64,000 nucleotides of DNA from Octopus vulgaris (Eukaryota). Shown here piece by piece: positions 42,085-57,920 of the stretch. Position 1 is the first letter of the stretch, and each line of letters starts with the position of its first letter. The notes below the pieces were generated by a model. The model made no database searches. It was not told the DNA's origin and was given only the letters and a program-made list of their open reading frames with translations. The stretch spans positions 21,514,001 to 21,578,000 of the forward strand of contig OX597833.1 of assembly GCA_951406725.2 (NCBI GenBank), in the 5' to 3' direction. Both the position numbers and the translations under genes were made by a program.

Positions 42085-42500
42085 CTAAGGCAGTAAAAAA
42101 GTGTAAAACAAAAACCAAACTAGAAAGCTTGAAGGAAAAATTAAGACTGTGGCAAGAAAAACCATTTCATGAGCAATACTCCAAACGAGCTGGGGAGGCT
42201 GATGTAGATATGAGGAGAATCCATCACTGGCTGCAGAGTGTTGGCTTGAAAGCCGAAACAGATGTATTTAGCCTAGTAGCAGAAGGATCCAGTTACTGAT
42301 GGAGAGAATGTTCCCACCCTATGGATTTATGGGATACATACAACAGACAAATGAATGCTAACAGACCAGACATCGTCAACAAAGACCTAAGTTTAAAAAT
42401 ATGCATGTTAATTGATATGACAACAAATAAATGCTAACAGACCAGACATCGTCAACAAAGACCTAAGTTTAAAAATATGCATGTTAATTGATATGACAAC
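42085..42500 (+). pseudogene. R4/Dong-like LINE internal fragment
   Basis: WQEKPFHEQY...WLQSVGLKAETD and ANRPDIV.KD...CMLIDM motifs. The last ~70 bp are tandemly duplicated. Confidence 0.65.
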
Positions 42501-42864
42501 TTTAACAAAAATAAGTCCTGGGATCGATTTGTTCTACTAACACTCTTCAAGGCGATGCTCCAGCATGGCCACAGTCAAATGACTGAAACAAGTAAAAGAA
42601 TAACAAAATATAATACATACATTATATATATTTATCTATATATTTGCATGTGTGCATACATATATATATAGATATATATATAGAGAGAGATAGATATCTG
42701 TATGTATACATGTACATATATATACATACATACATATACATATATATATACATATATATATATATACACACATACATATACATATATATACATACATATA
42801 TATATATATATACATATATACATACATTTACATACATATATACATACATACATACTTATATATT

Positions 42865-42953
<89 letters not shown>

Positions 42954-44047
42954 GTGTGTGTGTGTGTGTCGTTAATTGATTCCAAGAGACACGACTTAAG
43001 TCAAATTAACTTGTCTCTAGGCTAGGCTAGGCCGAATTTACTTGTCTCTAGGCTAAACCGATAACAATCATTCCCAGTTCTGTACTTTATCTATGAATGC
43101 ATTTTCAATAATGCATGGTTAATAAAAACCTATTTTAAGCTTACAAACAAATAATTTTTATTTTTTTAATACAGCACAATAAAAAAAGTCATCTAAATTT
43201 ACGAATACAATTTGGCGCTATTTACCGTATATCGCCGACGCATTGTTTATGAATACGGTTTGCAATGAGACATAGAAAAATACAATCCTATTTTAAACTT
43301 AAAAAACGAATTCACTAATTATTATTATTTCGCAATAGTAAAAAAAAACTAAAATATTTAAATTTACCAATATGTACATACAATTTGGTACTTTCATGAT
43401 TTCATGATTTCGTTCACTAAGCTACACTACTTTATGCTGTTTATCTTAACATTTACTGTACGCATTTCAAAATGATCTTATTTGTTTTTATTTTTATTTA
43501 TTGTACGGTAACATGATTTTATGTGCTTTTAATAGTTTTCTAGTGATTTTACGAATTCAGTGTTTGTAGCGGAAATACGTAAAGTTGAGGAAAATTACTT
43601 AACTTGATTTCTGTTTTTCCAAGTACTATTTTTGAAAACTGACGTATAATCGGAAACGACTTAAATCGAAAAGACTTAAGCCTGTATATAATAATACTTT
43701 AATAACTTATACATACATGCATATACTCACACAAAACCGTATATATATATATTAGGTTTGGAGGTGATGTGCAGGTATTATATATTAGAAGAAATAAGGG
43801 ACTCAGAAATCTGGATGGTTTTATATTTACAGATTTTTATTAATATGTCACATGTTTTTATAAATCATATATTAGCGCTTGCATATACTCTAGTAGAATC
43901 TTCAGATACGCTCGGACTAGTTTCGAGATATTTGTCCCTTGTCAACGGGTGGTAACCACCAGGATGCGACGAAAGTGAAGGCTTCCTTGCAAATATATAA
44001 GAGTTTTTCTAGTGGCGTCAGCCACTGATTTCGAAAAACTGACAGTA

Positions 44048-44417
<370 letters not shown>

Positions 44418-44419
44418 AA

Positions 44420-44619
44420 AGGCGGCGAGCTGGCAGAAGCGTTGGCGCGCTGGGCGAAATGCTTAGCGATATTTCGTCTGTCGTTACGTTCTGAGTTCAA
44501 ATTCCGCCGAGGTCGACTTTGACTTTCATCCTTTCGGGGGTACGCACTGGGGTTGATGTAATCAACTTAATCCCTCTGTCTGTCCCCTCTAAGTTTAGCC
44601 CCTTGTGGGCAGTAAAGAA

Positions 44620-44621
<2 letters not shown>
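44420..44621 (+). mobile_element. SINE family A inserted in (TA)n
   Basis: Family A head and body are present. Confidence 0.8.
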
Positions 44622-44650
<29 letters not shown>

Positions 44651-44715
44651 CAGGCGTAGGAGTGGCTGTGTGGTAAGTAGCTCGCTTATGAACCACATGG
44701 TTCCAGGTTCAGTCT

Positions 44716-45135
44716 TCATTTTAGACTGAATAGTGACTGGTGACGAGACATGGGCTCTCTATAAAAATGTCAAGCGTCGAAGACAGTGAGTAGAGAAATG
44801 AGAAACACTGGCACTCCAGGCTAAAGAAGGTCATCACCCCCATAAGGTGTTATCTGTTTGGTGAGATATGAAAAGTTTAGTCCGCTTTAAACTTTTAAAC
44901 CCAAACCAAACACAAGTAGCTTGGTCGGCTTAAATCAGTGCTAGAAGAAAAAACGTCTTTGGTTTCAAGACGAAAGGTGTTCTTCCATCAGGATAATGTT
45001 CACCACATACAGCGAGGTTGACATTCCAAAGGCTGGAGCAGTTTGAATGAGGGACGATACCCCATTCACCATATTTACCGGACATTGTCCCCATCTGCTT
45101 ATCATTTATTCCGCAGTCTTGAAATTCATTTGAAT
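44716..45135 (+). pseudogene. Mariner transposase catalytic-domain remnant
   Basis: IVTGDETW, HQDN and [20 protein letters not shown] motifs, interrupted by stops. Confidence 0.8.
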
Positions 45136-45624
45136 CGCTAGCTTCTGCACGCATTTTTTTCTCTCCTTGTTTCTCTCCGTGTTTCTTTTCTGTGTAGGCT
45201 CGAAACGTAAAAGACTTGTTTTATTTATATTCCTGAGCGCCATACTAATACAATTGTTTGTTTGTACTCCACCTGCCTTCGTCTTTTGTTTATTTTCATA
45301 AAGATTCCCGTTATATATGTATATATATTTATATATATGTATATATATGTATGTACGTATGTATATATACATATATATACATATATATATACATATATAA
45401 ATATATATATTTATATATATAAATGTATCTATGCATATAAACATATATATATACATATGCATATATATAAATATATATATGCATATATACACATATATAT
45501 GTGTGTACATACATACATATAAATATATATATGCATATATACACATATATATGTGTGTATATACATATATATATACATACATACATATATACATATATAT
45601 ATACATACATACATATATATATAC

Positions 45625-45662
<38 letters not shown>

Positions 45663-45730
45663 ACATATATATACATACATATATATATACATACATATAT
45701 ACATACATATATACATACATATATACATAC

Positions 45731-45771
<41 letters not shown>

Positions 45772-46627
45772 TATATACATACATATATATATACATACAT
45801 ATATATATTAGAATGCATATATATATATATATATTAGAATATATATATATAAAATAAGGATATAATCATAAGAATGATTATGTCAATGGGGCTAGCGCAT
45901 AAATATGGCCGTATAGGTAACATCAATTTTTTGGCGTATATAATTATAAAAATATAATTATAGTTAGGGGCTACTGGAAATAACCAGCGCCTGCGCTAGA
46001 AGTAGATGTCAAATATCTACAATCCACTCAAAAATTTGTTCTATATATCTATATATAACATACATATCGTGTATATATATGCGTGTGCGTGTGTGTATGG
46101 TAAGCAAATACATATATACACGAGTGTACGCGAGTGTGCGCGCGTGTATGTACATGCGTGAGTTTGTTTTTGTGAGTAATATATACATACAGGTGTAAAC
46201 ACACACACATACACACACTCTCACACACACATAACTCACACACATACACACACACACTCACACACACATAACTCACACACACATACACACACACTCACAC
46301 ACACACACTCACTCACACACACACACACAACTCACACACACATACACACACACACACACTCACACATGCACACACTCACACATGCACACACACACACACA
46401 CATACACACACACACACACACACATTTGGCAACGTAGCAGTGATGCCAGTGTTACTGGTACAAGGAATCTGTTGTGACATATTCTATTCACAGAACAATA
46501 ATTTCACAAAATGTCATTATTTCTTCGTGGGAGAGAGGCGTGGTAGGAGCGGAGGAATGAGTAAACTTATATTTAGACTTGCATTCTTTCTTACAATTTC
46601 TACGTTTGTATATATATCTTCTGCATT

Positions 46628-47345
<718 letters not shown>

Positions 47346-47853
47346 CACTGGCAGTGGCAGCGTTTGTATTGGTATTATTGTTGCTTTTTACACCCAAGTC
47401 GTCTCTAGTTAAAGAAACCCACGTGATGTAAGGCATCTCAGGTTGTGACTATTACACATATCTTTCGTGTGTCTAATGTGTTTTTTCTTCATTTTTAAGA
47501 CACTGGAGCGAGGAGTAATCTGAGGGATATTTGGTTGCTATTTCTAGCAGGTCCAGCGTCATCATGTAAACTTCAGGGAGTGATATACCACTGGCCCTCA
47601 CTAGTTTTGTCCCCACATTTAAATTTGAAACACGTTGACGTGATTTTCAGATGTAAAGTAGCTAAGGGTGTGACCCAATATGGCACAATATGGGGGTAAC
47701 GAAAGGCGCAGAAACCTGCGCATTGTATGGTTTTACTGAGGTAGCTGGGTGAGATACTGTAAGGACTGACGGAAGGCGTTGAGATCTGTGCATCGTATAG
47801 TCATTGAAAACAAACGGAATACACCATGCTAGGCCTAAGAAACACACACACAC

Positions 47854-47903
<50 letters not shown>

Positions 47904-47950
47904 AACTTACTTGGAAATAGATGCGTGGCGTTCGATCATATCATAATATA

Positions 47951-47997
<47 letters not shown>

Positions 47998-48079
47998 TAT
48001 ATATATATGCACATATATATATATATATGCACATATATATATATATATATTTATGCACATATATATATATACATATATG

Positions 48080-48130
<51 letters not shown>

Positions 48131-48432
48131 ATGTACATGCCTACATATATATATATATGTGTATATATACATGTATATATACATATATGCATGTATATAT
48201 ATACGTATATACATGTCCTGCTTTTGTTACCACTTTAACCCTCCGCAAAAAATTCCAAATTTTAATTTGTTTTGCGGGAAGGATTGTTTTAACGTAGTCG
48301 CATCTTGTCCCTACCTTCGAAACGTGGAGTAGATATAACAGGGGACGACTGATGAATGTTTTTTTTTTATGTTGCATGTCTCGTTTCTCTATTTGTTTCT
48401 TTCGTTGTTCGAAAAAGGTTCGTTTTCCTTGC

Positions 48433-48483
<51 letters not shown>

Positions 48484-48715
48484 TGTATATGTATATGTGT
48501 ATATGTAAGTGTATATGTATATGTGTATATGTATATATGTATGTGTGTATATGTATATATGTTTATATATGTGAGTATGTAGTGATATAAGTATATGCAT
48601 GTGTATGTATGGGTATGTGTATCAGTGTATATTTACCTATAACTCTATCCCCCCTTTTTTTATATATATATATATTTTTTTTATATATATATTTTTATAT
48701 ATATATTTTTATATA

Positions 48716-49036
48716 CTCTTTACTCTTTTTACTCTTTTTACTTGTTTCAGTCATTTGACTGCGGCCATGCTGGAGCACCGCCTTTAGTCGAGCAAATCGA
48801 CCCCGGGACTTATTCTTTGTAAGCCCAGTACTTATTCTATCGGTCTCTTTTGCCGAACCGCTAAGTGACGGGGACGTAAACACACCAGCATCGGTTGTCA
48901 AGCAATGCTAGGGGGACAAACACAAACACACAGGCACACACACATACGCTTGCCCAAGATGCCACGCAGTGGGACTGAACCCGGAACCATGTGGTTGGTT
49001 AGCAAGCTACTTACCACACAGCCACTCCTGCGCCTA
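48716..49036 (-). mobile_element. SINE family B, internally deleted
   Basis: Tail and head match the 12105-12497 copy. Confidence 0.82.
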
Positions 49037-49306
49037 TATATATTTTTTTATATATATTTTTTAACTCCCCCTAGTATGATATTTTGCGCTATGCCTACCC
49101 CCAAAAAGTCCCCCACCACCACTCCTTTAAACCTGCCTAAATGTATAAATGCTAATACAATTCTTGTTAAATAGCTTCCTGAAGATTTCTCTTGAATGAA
49201 ACAGTACTAGTCCTGTAGAAGCTCCTTCTATATAATAAATTAATTTTACTCTGCTATGTATTGAGTACCTTACTTACTGTGGTTAACCCCGAATCAACCC
49301 GGGACC

Positions 49307-49360
<54 letters not shown>

Positions 49361-49525
49361 CGTGTTTGTGTCGACGCCCGCTTTGCGGCCACGTAGTTAC
49401 GCTTTCGGTCCAACTGCGTGGCATCTTGGGCAAGTGTCTTTTACTATAACCCCTGACCGACAAATGCCTTGTGAATCAGTTTGTCCATGGAAACAGTGTG
49501 GAGACCCGCCGTGTGTATGTGTTGT

Positions 49526-49579
<54 letters not shown>

Positions 49580-50924
49580 TCATATTTATTATACACTTTA
49601 TTTTAATCAAGTCAGTTCCTTGACAGTTTGAGTTTTGTCTGAGGATGCAAACGGTCTTTAAACGAGTTACAAATTTGCCTGAAGTTCCTGTGCCTCCACA
49701 CGTGAAACTCGGAGTAACAACAGAATCACTCGATTAGAATAGAATATATTATTAATCTCTATGGTATGGAATTCTCGTTTTTACTTTTGTTTGTTTGTTT
49801 GTTTGTTTTTTTTTTTGTCAATCAACACTAAGCAGATGTGTGTGTGTGTACTTGTGTCCGTGTTTTCCCCTCACCACCGATTGACAACTGGTGTTGGTTT
49901 ATTTACGTCCACTTAACACCGTGGTTCGGCGAAAAAAAAGCGCGTAAAATAAGTACCAGACTTATAAAAAAACGCGATTTGTTCGACTAAAACCCTTCAA
50001 GGCCATTTTCCAGCATGGCTTCTGTAGTTCAATGGCTGAGATAAGTAAATGACAAATGATAAAAGATTAATGTTATTTTTATTTATTTATTTATTTTTTT
50101 TAATCAATTTTCAGTCTTGAAAGAAGCCAAAATATATAATAAAAATAGAAACTGAAATGACAGTTATAAAGAGAAATTGGAAAGTAGTAAGAGGAATTGT
50201 CTAAAATAAAAAAACACTAACAACTAACTAGAAAACTGTTAATACGACAAGAGAATGTCATGGCTACAACGATGCGAAGAGAAGTCGAGAAGGCTGAACA
50301 AAGCAAAAGGAAAGAAAGACATGTCGTCAGATAAATTCGTTCGGTTTTTGTTTCCGTTTTTGTTTTTGTTTTTTGTTTTGTTTTGTTTTTGCATCAGCAA
50401 TTTGAACAAATCGGTCGATAATATATTGTAGTAGGCACGTGAAAGCAGTGTTACGAATAAATAAGCATTTGAATCAGTCCACTGCTGTTTGCCGTTGATA
50501 AGAATTCTCGCTTAAGGCAAATAGGTGTTTAGAAAAACACCAGCAGTCATTTCAAGGCGCCCCCTGGCTGAAGCGGTAAATGCATTTCTAGCTTCTTGGC
50601 TATCATCAGTACCGCGTACTGCAAGCGAGACAACCTTGAAAGGATTTTGGAAACCTTTGTTTCCTTATGGTAAACCAGTATCCCTCCCCCACCCACGAAA
50701 TTGCTGGCCTTGTGCCATAATTAGAAATGGATTCTTCATGGTTCAAAACGTTTTGTCAGTGTTCCACGAGATTGTCAAAGCCTTGGCGGTAGAAATCACT
50801 TTCTTGACCCGAAAATTTCATCGAGCCACGTTTTCAGCTCCACGTTGCTGTCTTCTTCTTCTTCTTCTTCTTCTTCTTCTTCTTCTCCTCCTCCTCCTTC
50901 TTCTTCTTCTTCGTCTTAGTCTTC

Positions 50925-51405
50925 TTCTTCCAATCAGGACTCACGCCATTAACCACAAAGAATAACCTCTAATTCGAGCCTACTCTAAGCTATTAAGAAC
51001 GCGTGTGGCAACTTGGAGATCCACCCTCCACACGCGATAGACTGGCGGTTGCACGGGTGCGAAAGCTACGTCGTTATCCTCATTCCGTAAACGGTGGCTT
51101 TTAACGGGTGGAGAGCTGAACCATCCTGGAGTACAAAGGATTCGCAATCTAGACTGGGGTCTGAAAGTTTTACCACACCATAGTGGGTTACACCATGGTT
51201 CCTCTGCTTTGTGGCAGAAGTAGGAAGAAAGAGTGAGGGGAAATTGTGGTGAAAGAGTACAGCGGGGTTCACCCACCCACGCGGGAGCCTCGTGGAGCTT
51301 AGGTGTTTTTGCTCAATAAACACTCACAATGCCCGGTCTGGGAATTGAAACCGCGTTCTTACGACCGCGAGTTCGCTGCCCTAACCACTGGGCCATTGAG
51401 CCTCC
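50925..51405 (-). mobile_element. SINE family C, body type 3, (GAA)n tail
   Basis: Same head as 12806 on the minus strand with a different body. Paralogous to 54010-54487. Confidence 0.8.
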
Positions 51406-52233
51406 ACCGTTGCTGTTGTTGAACGAAACACCAAGCAGACTGTTGGATAGCGACCAAAAAATAAAGTTAATAATCCAAAGGCGTTATATCAAGATGATAT
51501 GGTGGGAACTCGATGAGCGCTTTAACCAAAGCGGTTTAATATATTTTCTTGATATCAACAATTCTTTTTTCTTCTTGCAATATCACGATACAATCCAATT
51601 GTAATTTGTTTTCAAATTTAATAATATTAAGTCAGCTTGGAATCGTGTTATGCATAGAAATATCCTACAGTTTCTGTGTTTATAGTTATACCACAGCAGT
51701 AAGTTCAGCACAACAGCACGCCCGATGACAACAACCGTCATACGGCTCTCTCTCTCTCTCTCTCTCATTTAGAGTTCTTTTCTCACTATTTCCGTTTCCT
51801 TTTTAACCCTCGCATTAATTCTCTCCATTTCTCTCCTATCAATAAGTAAACCACTTCTACTCAGTAACTAACATTTATTTCAAATGCCATACTCTTTACA
51901 AGTGTCGCTATACAACGCTTGCGAAATTTTTCACTCCGTTAAGCCTGGCAGTTTCCTGTCGTCTTGCTTACGCGTTTTATATTTTCTTGTCTTTCGTCGA
52001 ATAAGAAAGTCTGGACTTTTTGTTTAAATAACTATCTTCTTGTTATTTTGCCGCTCGTTCTTCAAAATTGGTATAAGGATTAATGTCCATAAAATACAAT
52101 ATCTTCAATTTACTGGGGTCTGTTTCATCAAGTATATCCCTTTTCCTGAAATATATTGTCTTGTATCAAAACTAGAAATTAGCATAGACACCTGTGTATT
52201 ATACATAATGTAGATACATCGTGGAGATACATA

Positions 52234-52611
52234 GTAGAGGCGAAATGGCCCAGTGGTTAGGGTGGCGGACTCGCGGTCTTAGGATCACGGTTTCGATTCC
52301 AAGACCGGGCGTTGTGAGTGTTTATTGAGCGAAAACACCTAAAAGTTCTACGAGGTTCCAGCAGAGGGGGGGGGGGGTGAACCCTGCTGTACTCTTTCAC
52401 CACAACTTTCTTTCACTGTTTCTGTTGTACCTGTATTTCAAAGGGCCAGCTTCGTTACACTCTGTGTCAAGTTGAATCTCCCCGAGAACTACGTTAAGGG
52501 TACACTTGTCTGTAGAGTGCTCAGCCACTTGCATGTTAATTTCACGAGCAGGCTGTTCCGTTGATCAGATCAACTGGAACACTCGTCGTCGTAACCGACG
52601 GAGTGCCAAAA
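52234..52611 (+). mobile_element. SINE family C, body type 2
   Basis: Same head with a distinct 3' body. Flanking direct repeat TAGATACATCGTG at 52211-52223 and 52612-52624. Confidence 0.8.
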
Positions 52612-54009
52612 TAGATACATCGTGAAAAGCAAATTAACTTCCCTTTATCTTCTCTTTTTTTTACTTGCTTCCGTCATTAGACTGCGGCCATGCTGGGGCA
52701 CCGCCTTGAAGAATTTTTTGTCGAATTGATCGAATCCATTACTTTTTTTTCTGAAAGCCTGGTACTTATTCTATCGATCACTTTTGCCGAACAGCTACGT
52801 CACGGGGAACGTAAACACACCAGCACCGGAGGAGGGAGGAGGAGGGAGGAGGGAGGAAGGAGGGAGGAAGGAGGGAGGGAGGAGGGAGGGAGGAGGGAGG
52901 GAGGAGGGAGGGAGGAGGAGGAGAAGGGGGTAACGGAGGGTTGAGAAGGGAGAGGGGATGAAGAGGAGATGAAGAGGAGGGAGAAGCGGAGGAGGAGGAG
53001 GGGGCGGGAGCGTGAGGGGGATGGTAGAGGAGGAGGAGGAGGAGGAGGAGGAGTTGCGGTGGAAGAGGAGAAAACGAAGATGAAAAGAATAAGGCGGAGG
53101 AGAATGAGAAGGAGGGGAGGGAGGCGACGAGAAGATGGAAGAAGAAGAAGAAGAAGAGAGTTGATCACGGCGGGATTTGAACCTAGATCATTAAGAACCC
53201 GAACAAATACCATTTGGTATTTATGATGTTCTAACGTCTCTCACGATTTCACCGTCTTTGGACTTGAAGAATAATGCTTAGGAGAATCGATGGAGCGCCG
53301 GACAAAATTGCACAAAAATGCGTTGCAGTATATATTGTTACGATACTTTGCGTTTTATTGCTCTTGTCTTTCATTATCCTTGTGACAATAAAATAAATAT
53401 CGATAAGGGCCCAGAATCGATTACATCGACAAATATATTTCCACCAAATTTAAGGCCGCTTCCTTTTTATAAAAAATCGATATTTTATTAAAAAAAATCG
53501 TCCAATTCCTGCTGCGGTCGATATCTGTGTTTTTTTGTTTTGTTTTGTTTTTTCTTGGTGGGGGCGGGATATCATTCCAAGGTCGATAAAATAAAGTATC
53601 TCATCAAATATTGGAGTAGATTTAATCGACTGTGCCTTCATAAAAAGTGGGAATGGAGGAAGAAAGAAACAGAAGAAAGAAAGAAGCGCAGCGAGAAAAG
53701 GAAGAAAAGTGGAAAAGAACAGCAGGAGGAGGGGCGGAGGAGGAGGAGGAGGAGGAAGTGACAGCTTTTGGTTATGCCAGAAACTATCTACTACGATAAT
53801 AATCTTGTGTTTTTCTCCGTCGCAACATATGAATGAGAAAGGAAGGGGTGATGGCAAACTGGTAGTGGGAGCGTTTCAACTCCGTGCATGTGTGTGTATG
53901 TAAAAGAGAGGTGTATGTGTGTGTGTGTGTGCAATGGAAGTGGGATGGTGAACATTCAACGCTGACAAGAAAAATCAGCTCCACGTTGCTGTTATCTTCT
54001 TCTTCTTCT

Positions 54010-54487
54010 TCCAATCAGGACTCACGACTTTAGCCAAAAAGAATAATCTCTAATTCGAGCCTACTCTAAGCTACTAAGAACGCGTGTGGCCACTTGAAGA
54101 TCCACCAACCACACGATATACTGGCGGTTGCTTGGGCGCGAAAGCTACTTTGTTATCCTCATTCCGTAAACGATGGCTTTTACTGGGTGGGGAGCTGAAC
54201 CATCATGGGGTACAGAGGATTCGCAATCTAGACTAGGGTCTGAAAGTTTACCACACCATAGTGGGTTACACCATGGTACCTCTGCTTTGTGGCAGAAGTA
54301 GGAAGAAAGAGTGAGAGAAAGTTGTGGTGAAAGAGTACAGCGGCGTTCACCACCACACCCCGCCGGAGCCTCGTGGAGTTTAGGTATTTTTGCTCAAATA
54401 AACACTCACAATGCCCGGTCTGGGAATCGAAACCTCGTTCTTACGACCGCGAGTCCGCTGCCCTAACCACTGGGCCACTGCGCCTTC
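54010..54487 (-). mobile_element. SINE family C, body type 3, second copy
   Basis: Colinear with 50925-51405. Confidence 0.8.
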
Positions 54488-54509
54488 ACTGTTGTTGTCG
54501 TTGTAGAGA

Positions 54510-55130
54510 CGGCTGAGAGCTGGCAGAACATTTAGCACGCCGGACAAAATGCATAACAGCATTTCGTCCGTCTTTACGTTCTGAGTTTAAATTCCGCCAA
54601 GATCGACTTTGCCTTTCATCCTTTTGGTATCGATCAAATAAGTACCAGTTGAGTAATGGGATCGATATAATCGATTTGTCCCTCCCGCAAAACTTCAGGT
54701 TTGTGTCTTTAGTAGAAAGGATTATTAAGGCGGCGAGCTGGCAGAATCGTTAGCACGCCGGGCGAAATGCTTTGCGGTATTTCGTCGGTCGCTACGTTCT
54801 GAGTTCAAATTCCGCCGAGGTCGACTTTGCCTTTCATCCTTTCGGGGTCGATAAATTAAGTACCAGTTACGCACTGGGGTCGATATAATCGACTTAATCC
54901 GTTTGTATGTCCTTGTTTGTCCTCTCTGTGTTTAGCCCCTTGTGGGCAGTAAAGAAATAAGTATTTCATCCGTCTTTACGTTATGAGTTCAAATTGCCCT
55001 GAGGTCGACTTTACCTTTCACCTTTTTGGAGTCGATAAAATAGGTTCCAACAGAGCGCTAGGACTGAAGCAATCAACTAGCTAGTTGTCTCCCCACAAAA
55101 TTTCAAGCTTCCTGCCTATAACAGTAAGTA
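54510..55130 (+). mobile_element. Cluster of SINE family A copies
   Basis: Three family A bodies in tandem. Confidence 0.78.
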
Positions 55131-57111
55131 AAAGAAATTATTGTGGGGCGGGTGAATGGCCAATAGGTAACAGAATCAGTAGAGCAACCGGACAGATGCC
55201 TTGCGAGTAATTTATAATGTCTTTTCGGGTGCTAAGTTCAAATTTCATATACCACGACGCATCTCACCCGATGCTCTGACACTTCTGTTAATCCTCCACC
55301 GACTGATAAATCTGACTTCGGTGAGATTTGAACTCAGTGAGTCGAGAGCTGAAACATAAACCACAAGGTATTCTATACGACGCTTTACCTACTCAGTAAA
55401 TTGGCTGCTTTATTAGCAATTTTGATAAAACTAAATTCTGTAAATTATTCTCTTGATCCAGTCATCCAATGACTTAGCTAATATTCGAAACAAAGGCCAG
55501 TCACTTTACAGAAACTGTATTCAGTTCTTCTTATGGACGTGAAGCAAGTCGACAGATTGCCTCAACAAATTGTCGTCCTTCCAAAAGCAAAAATGGAAGT
55601 TCGATTTCCGCTTGATTACCACGACGGTATATTTGAGACTTCTGCGTGTTTTATGAGATCTGTTTTTTTATTACCCATGAAGGACCAACACAGAGGGACA
55701 TACATTACATTGGGGACATACAACAACTGTAATAAAATAAAATAAAATGAAACGTGTGATACAATGAAAGATGAAAAAATGTAAAAATGAAAATGGTGTT
55801 ACCTGCCCCATCGAGTAACATCACTTGCTTCCTTTCTCCTGCTCTCCATTATGTCTATGTTATACTTTTTTTTTTCAGTTCTTTGAAATCTATATTCCGT
55901 GGAAGCCTTTCCTTGTCCAAATCAACCTTCCACAGTTCCTAATCCCCGTTGTGCCTCTCTATTTCCATCTTATGCTGTTCTGTTAATAATATCACCACCT
56001 CGTTATTTTCGTCTTCATCCTCTACATAAACAAAAACCGAGTTTTCCCATTTGATTACCTTTTCAAACAGGTCATCATCATATACATGCAAAACAGGGAG
56101 GGGATATTTGTGAATCATTGTGTGTGTATGATCTTTTCTTTTTTTCTTCTTTTGTTTTTGTGTGGTCTTTTCTTTTGTTTTTGTGTTTTATGAGATCATC
56201 AATCGATATCTAAAATTACCCTCTCTAGCGAGTAGATCCGGACGGGGATGGGATTTTTTATTATTATCAAAGACCAGCAGTTGCCCTCGTTTCTCCATGC
56301 AACTAATGTAGCTTAAATGGAGCCCAAATGGACACGCTTCAGTTTAGGTTCTCCTTCGCAATTTGCAGGGGCTTCAAAATAATTTTAAAAAGAAAACTTG
56401 CATGATTTCAATGTTTTGTTAATCTTTTTGGCGTAATATCGTATTTGATGGCATATAAGACACACTTTTCAAATAAATTTCAAAAATATCGTCCCGGGTC
56501 TTACATGGGAAGTTAGACCTCTTAAAACTTATTTTCTGAATATGTGCTCCTGAAACTGAGGTGCGTCTAATAAGCCAGAGCATCTTTTGTGCCAGAAGAT
56601 ACGATAATTCATGGGGTGGACGTAGAACAGTCAGAATCCAAACAAGAACGAACCTATCTATTCTTAATAAGTTCTGGCAGATTCGAAAGTGGCCATTTGA
56701 TTGTTGTTGTCTTTTGTTTTCGGAGACACCTCCTCCTTTTAGATATGATGTGTTTTCATGAAACACGCGATTTATGGGTGTTAGGGGACTTTGGAACACC
56801 GCGATGTTTAGACTTCCTAATGTTTCTCTAAACCGGACCGGTGAAACTTAACAAGAGCACGAGCTCTTGTTTCATAGGAATCAGCAAAGAGATTATTTGC
56901 TCACGTGTGCTGATGTCTGCTGAACAGATAATAATTCATGAGGTACACACGGAACAGCGCGAATTCAAACAATGACGCATCTATTCATTTTCAATACGTT
57001 CAAACGTGAATACCTGATCGCTACTGTTCAACATCATCGAAGACCACCTCTTGTTTCAAGGTCTCCTTGCTCCGGTGTATCGTGTGTGTTACGAAAACAC
57101 ATCGTCTAAAG

Positions 57112-57322
57112 CAGTGATTCTTAACCGGGTTTCACATGACCCTTGGGGGTCCGTATATTTCTACAAGACAAAATATTTTAACAATTTTTTTTATACAACA
57201 CTTAATAATATTTAATTATAAAAAAATATGATTTAAACATTGAATTGATGGGAAGGGCCAGTAAAGTAAAATAGGAATCAAAGTGGTCCATAGGCAAAAA
57301 AAGGTGGGGCTTAGAAACATTG
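57112..57322. mobile_element. Possible hAT-like MITE
   Basis: Starts CAGTGATTCTTAACC and ends ...TTAGAAACATTG. The 8-bp flanks GTCTAAAG/GTCAAACG are imperfect. Confidence 0.4.
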
Positions 57323-57730
57323 GTCAAACGAGAGGAAGTGTTCTCCGATTATGAAAACAACAGCGATCTGATATTCTGATTCGAGTATGCTAAAACTTAA
57401 TAAGAAGGAATAGATACCTTATCTTTTGGTGTAATTTTGACCCTTTTGATGCACACACTGCTTTGGTATGTGTAGCCAAAAAGACCAAATTTCTTTTCTG
57501 TTGAGATACATCTACTGAAAGACGATCTCTGATGGGTATTTACACTTCAAAACCAACAATTCGCAACATTTGTTCTATCGGGGCGATGGATCGGGCCTCG
57601 AAGTCCTTTCAGCTTGTTATCACTTGAGCCTATAAATCGGCCTGAGTGTCTCAAGAGAGTTAACAAACAGCCTCCATGACTTGTATAGCTTATGACTTCG
57701 CCTATTATAAATCCGGCACTGCATAATATG

Positions 57731-57920
57731 CGAGGGGTGCTCAAAAGTTTTGGTAAAAGAAAGGGCTATCAGTTAATTATGATTTTATTCAATATATTCA
57801 CACACTTATTGCAGCAGTCCTTCAGTTTTTCTAAGCCTTGTAAAAGAACTCGGAAGGTTAGGCCTCCAAGCAGGCCTTTCACGACACCCTAAAAGCCAGG
57901 AAATTTTCAGCACCCCCTCG
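57731..57920. mobile_element. Mariner-type MITE
   Basis: TIRs CGAGGGGTGCTCAAAAGTTT / AAATTTTCAGCACCCCCTCG with TG/TA flanks. Confidence 0.75.
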
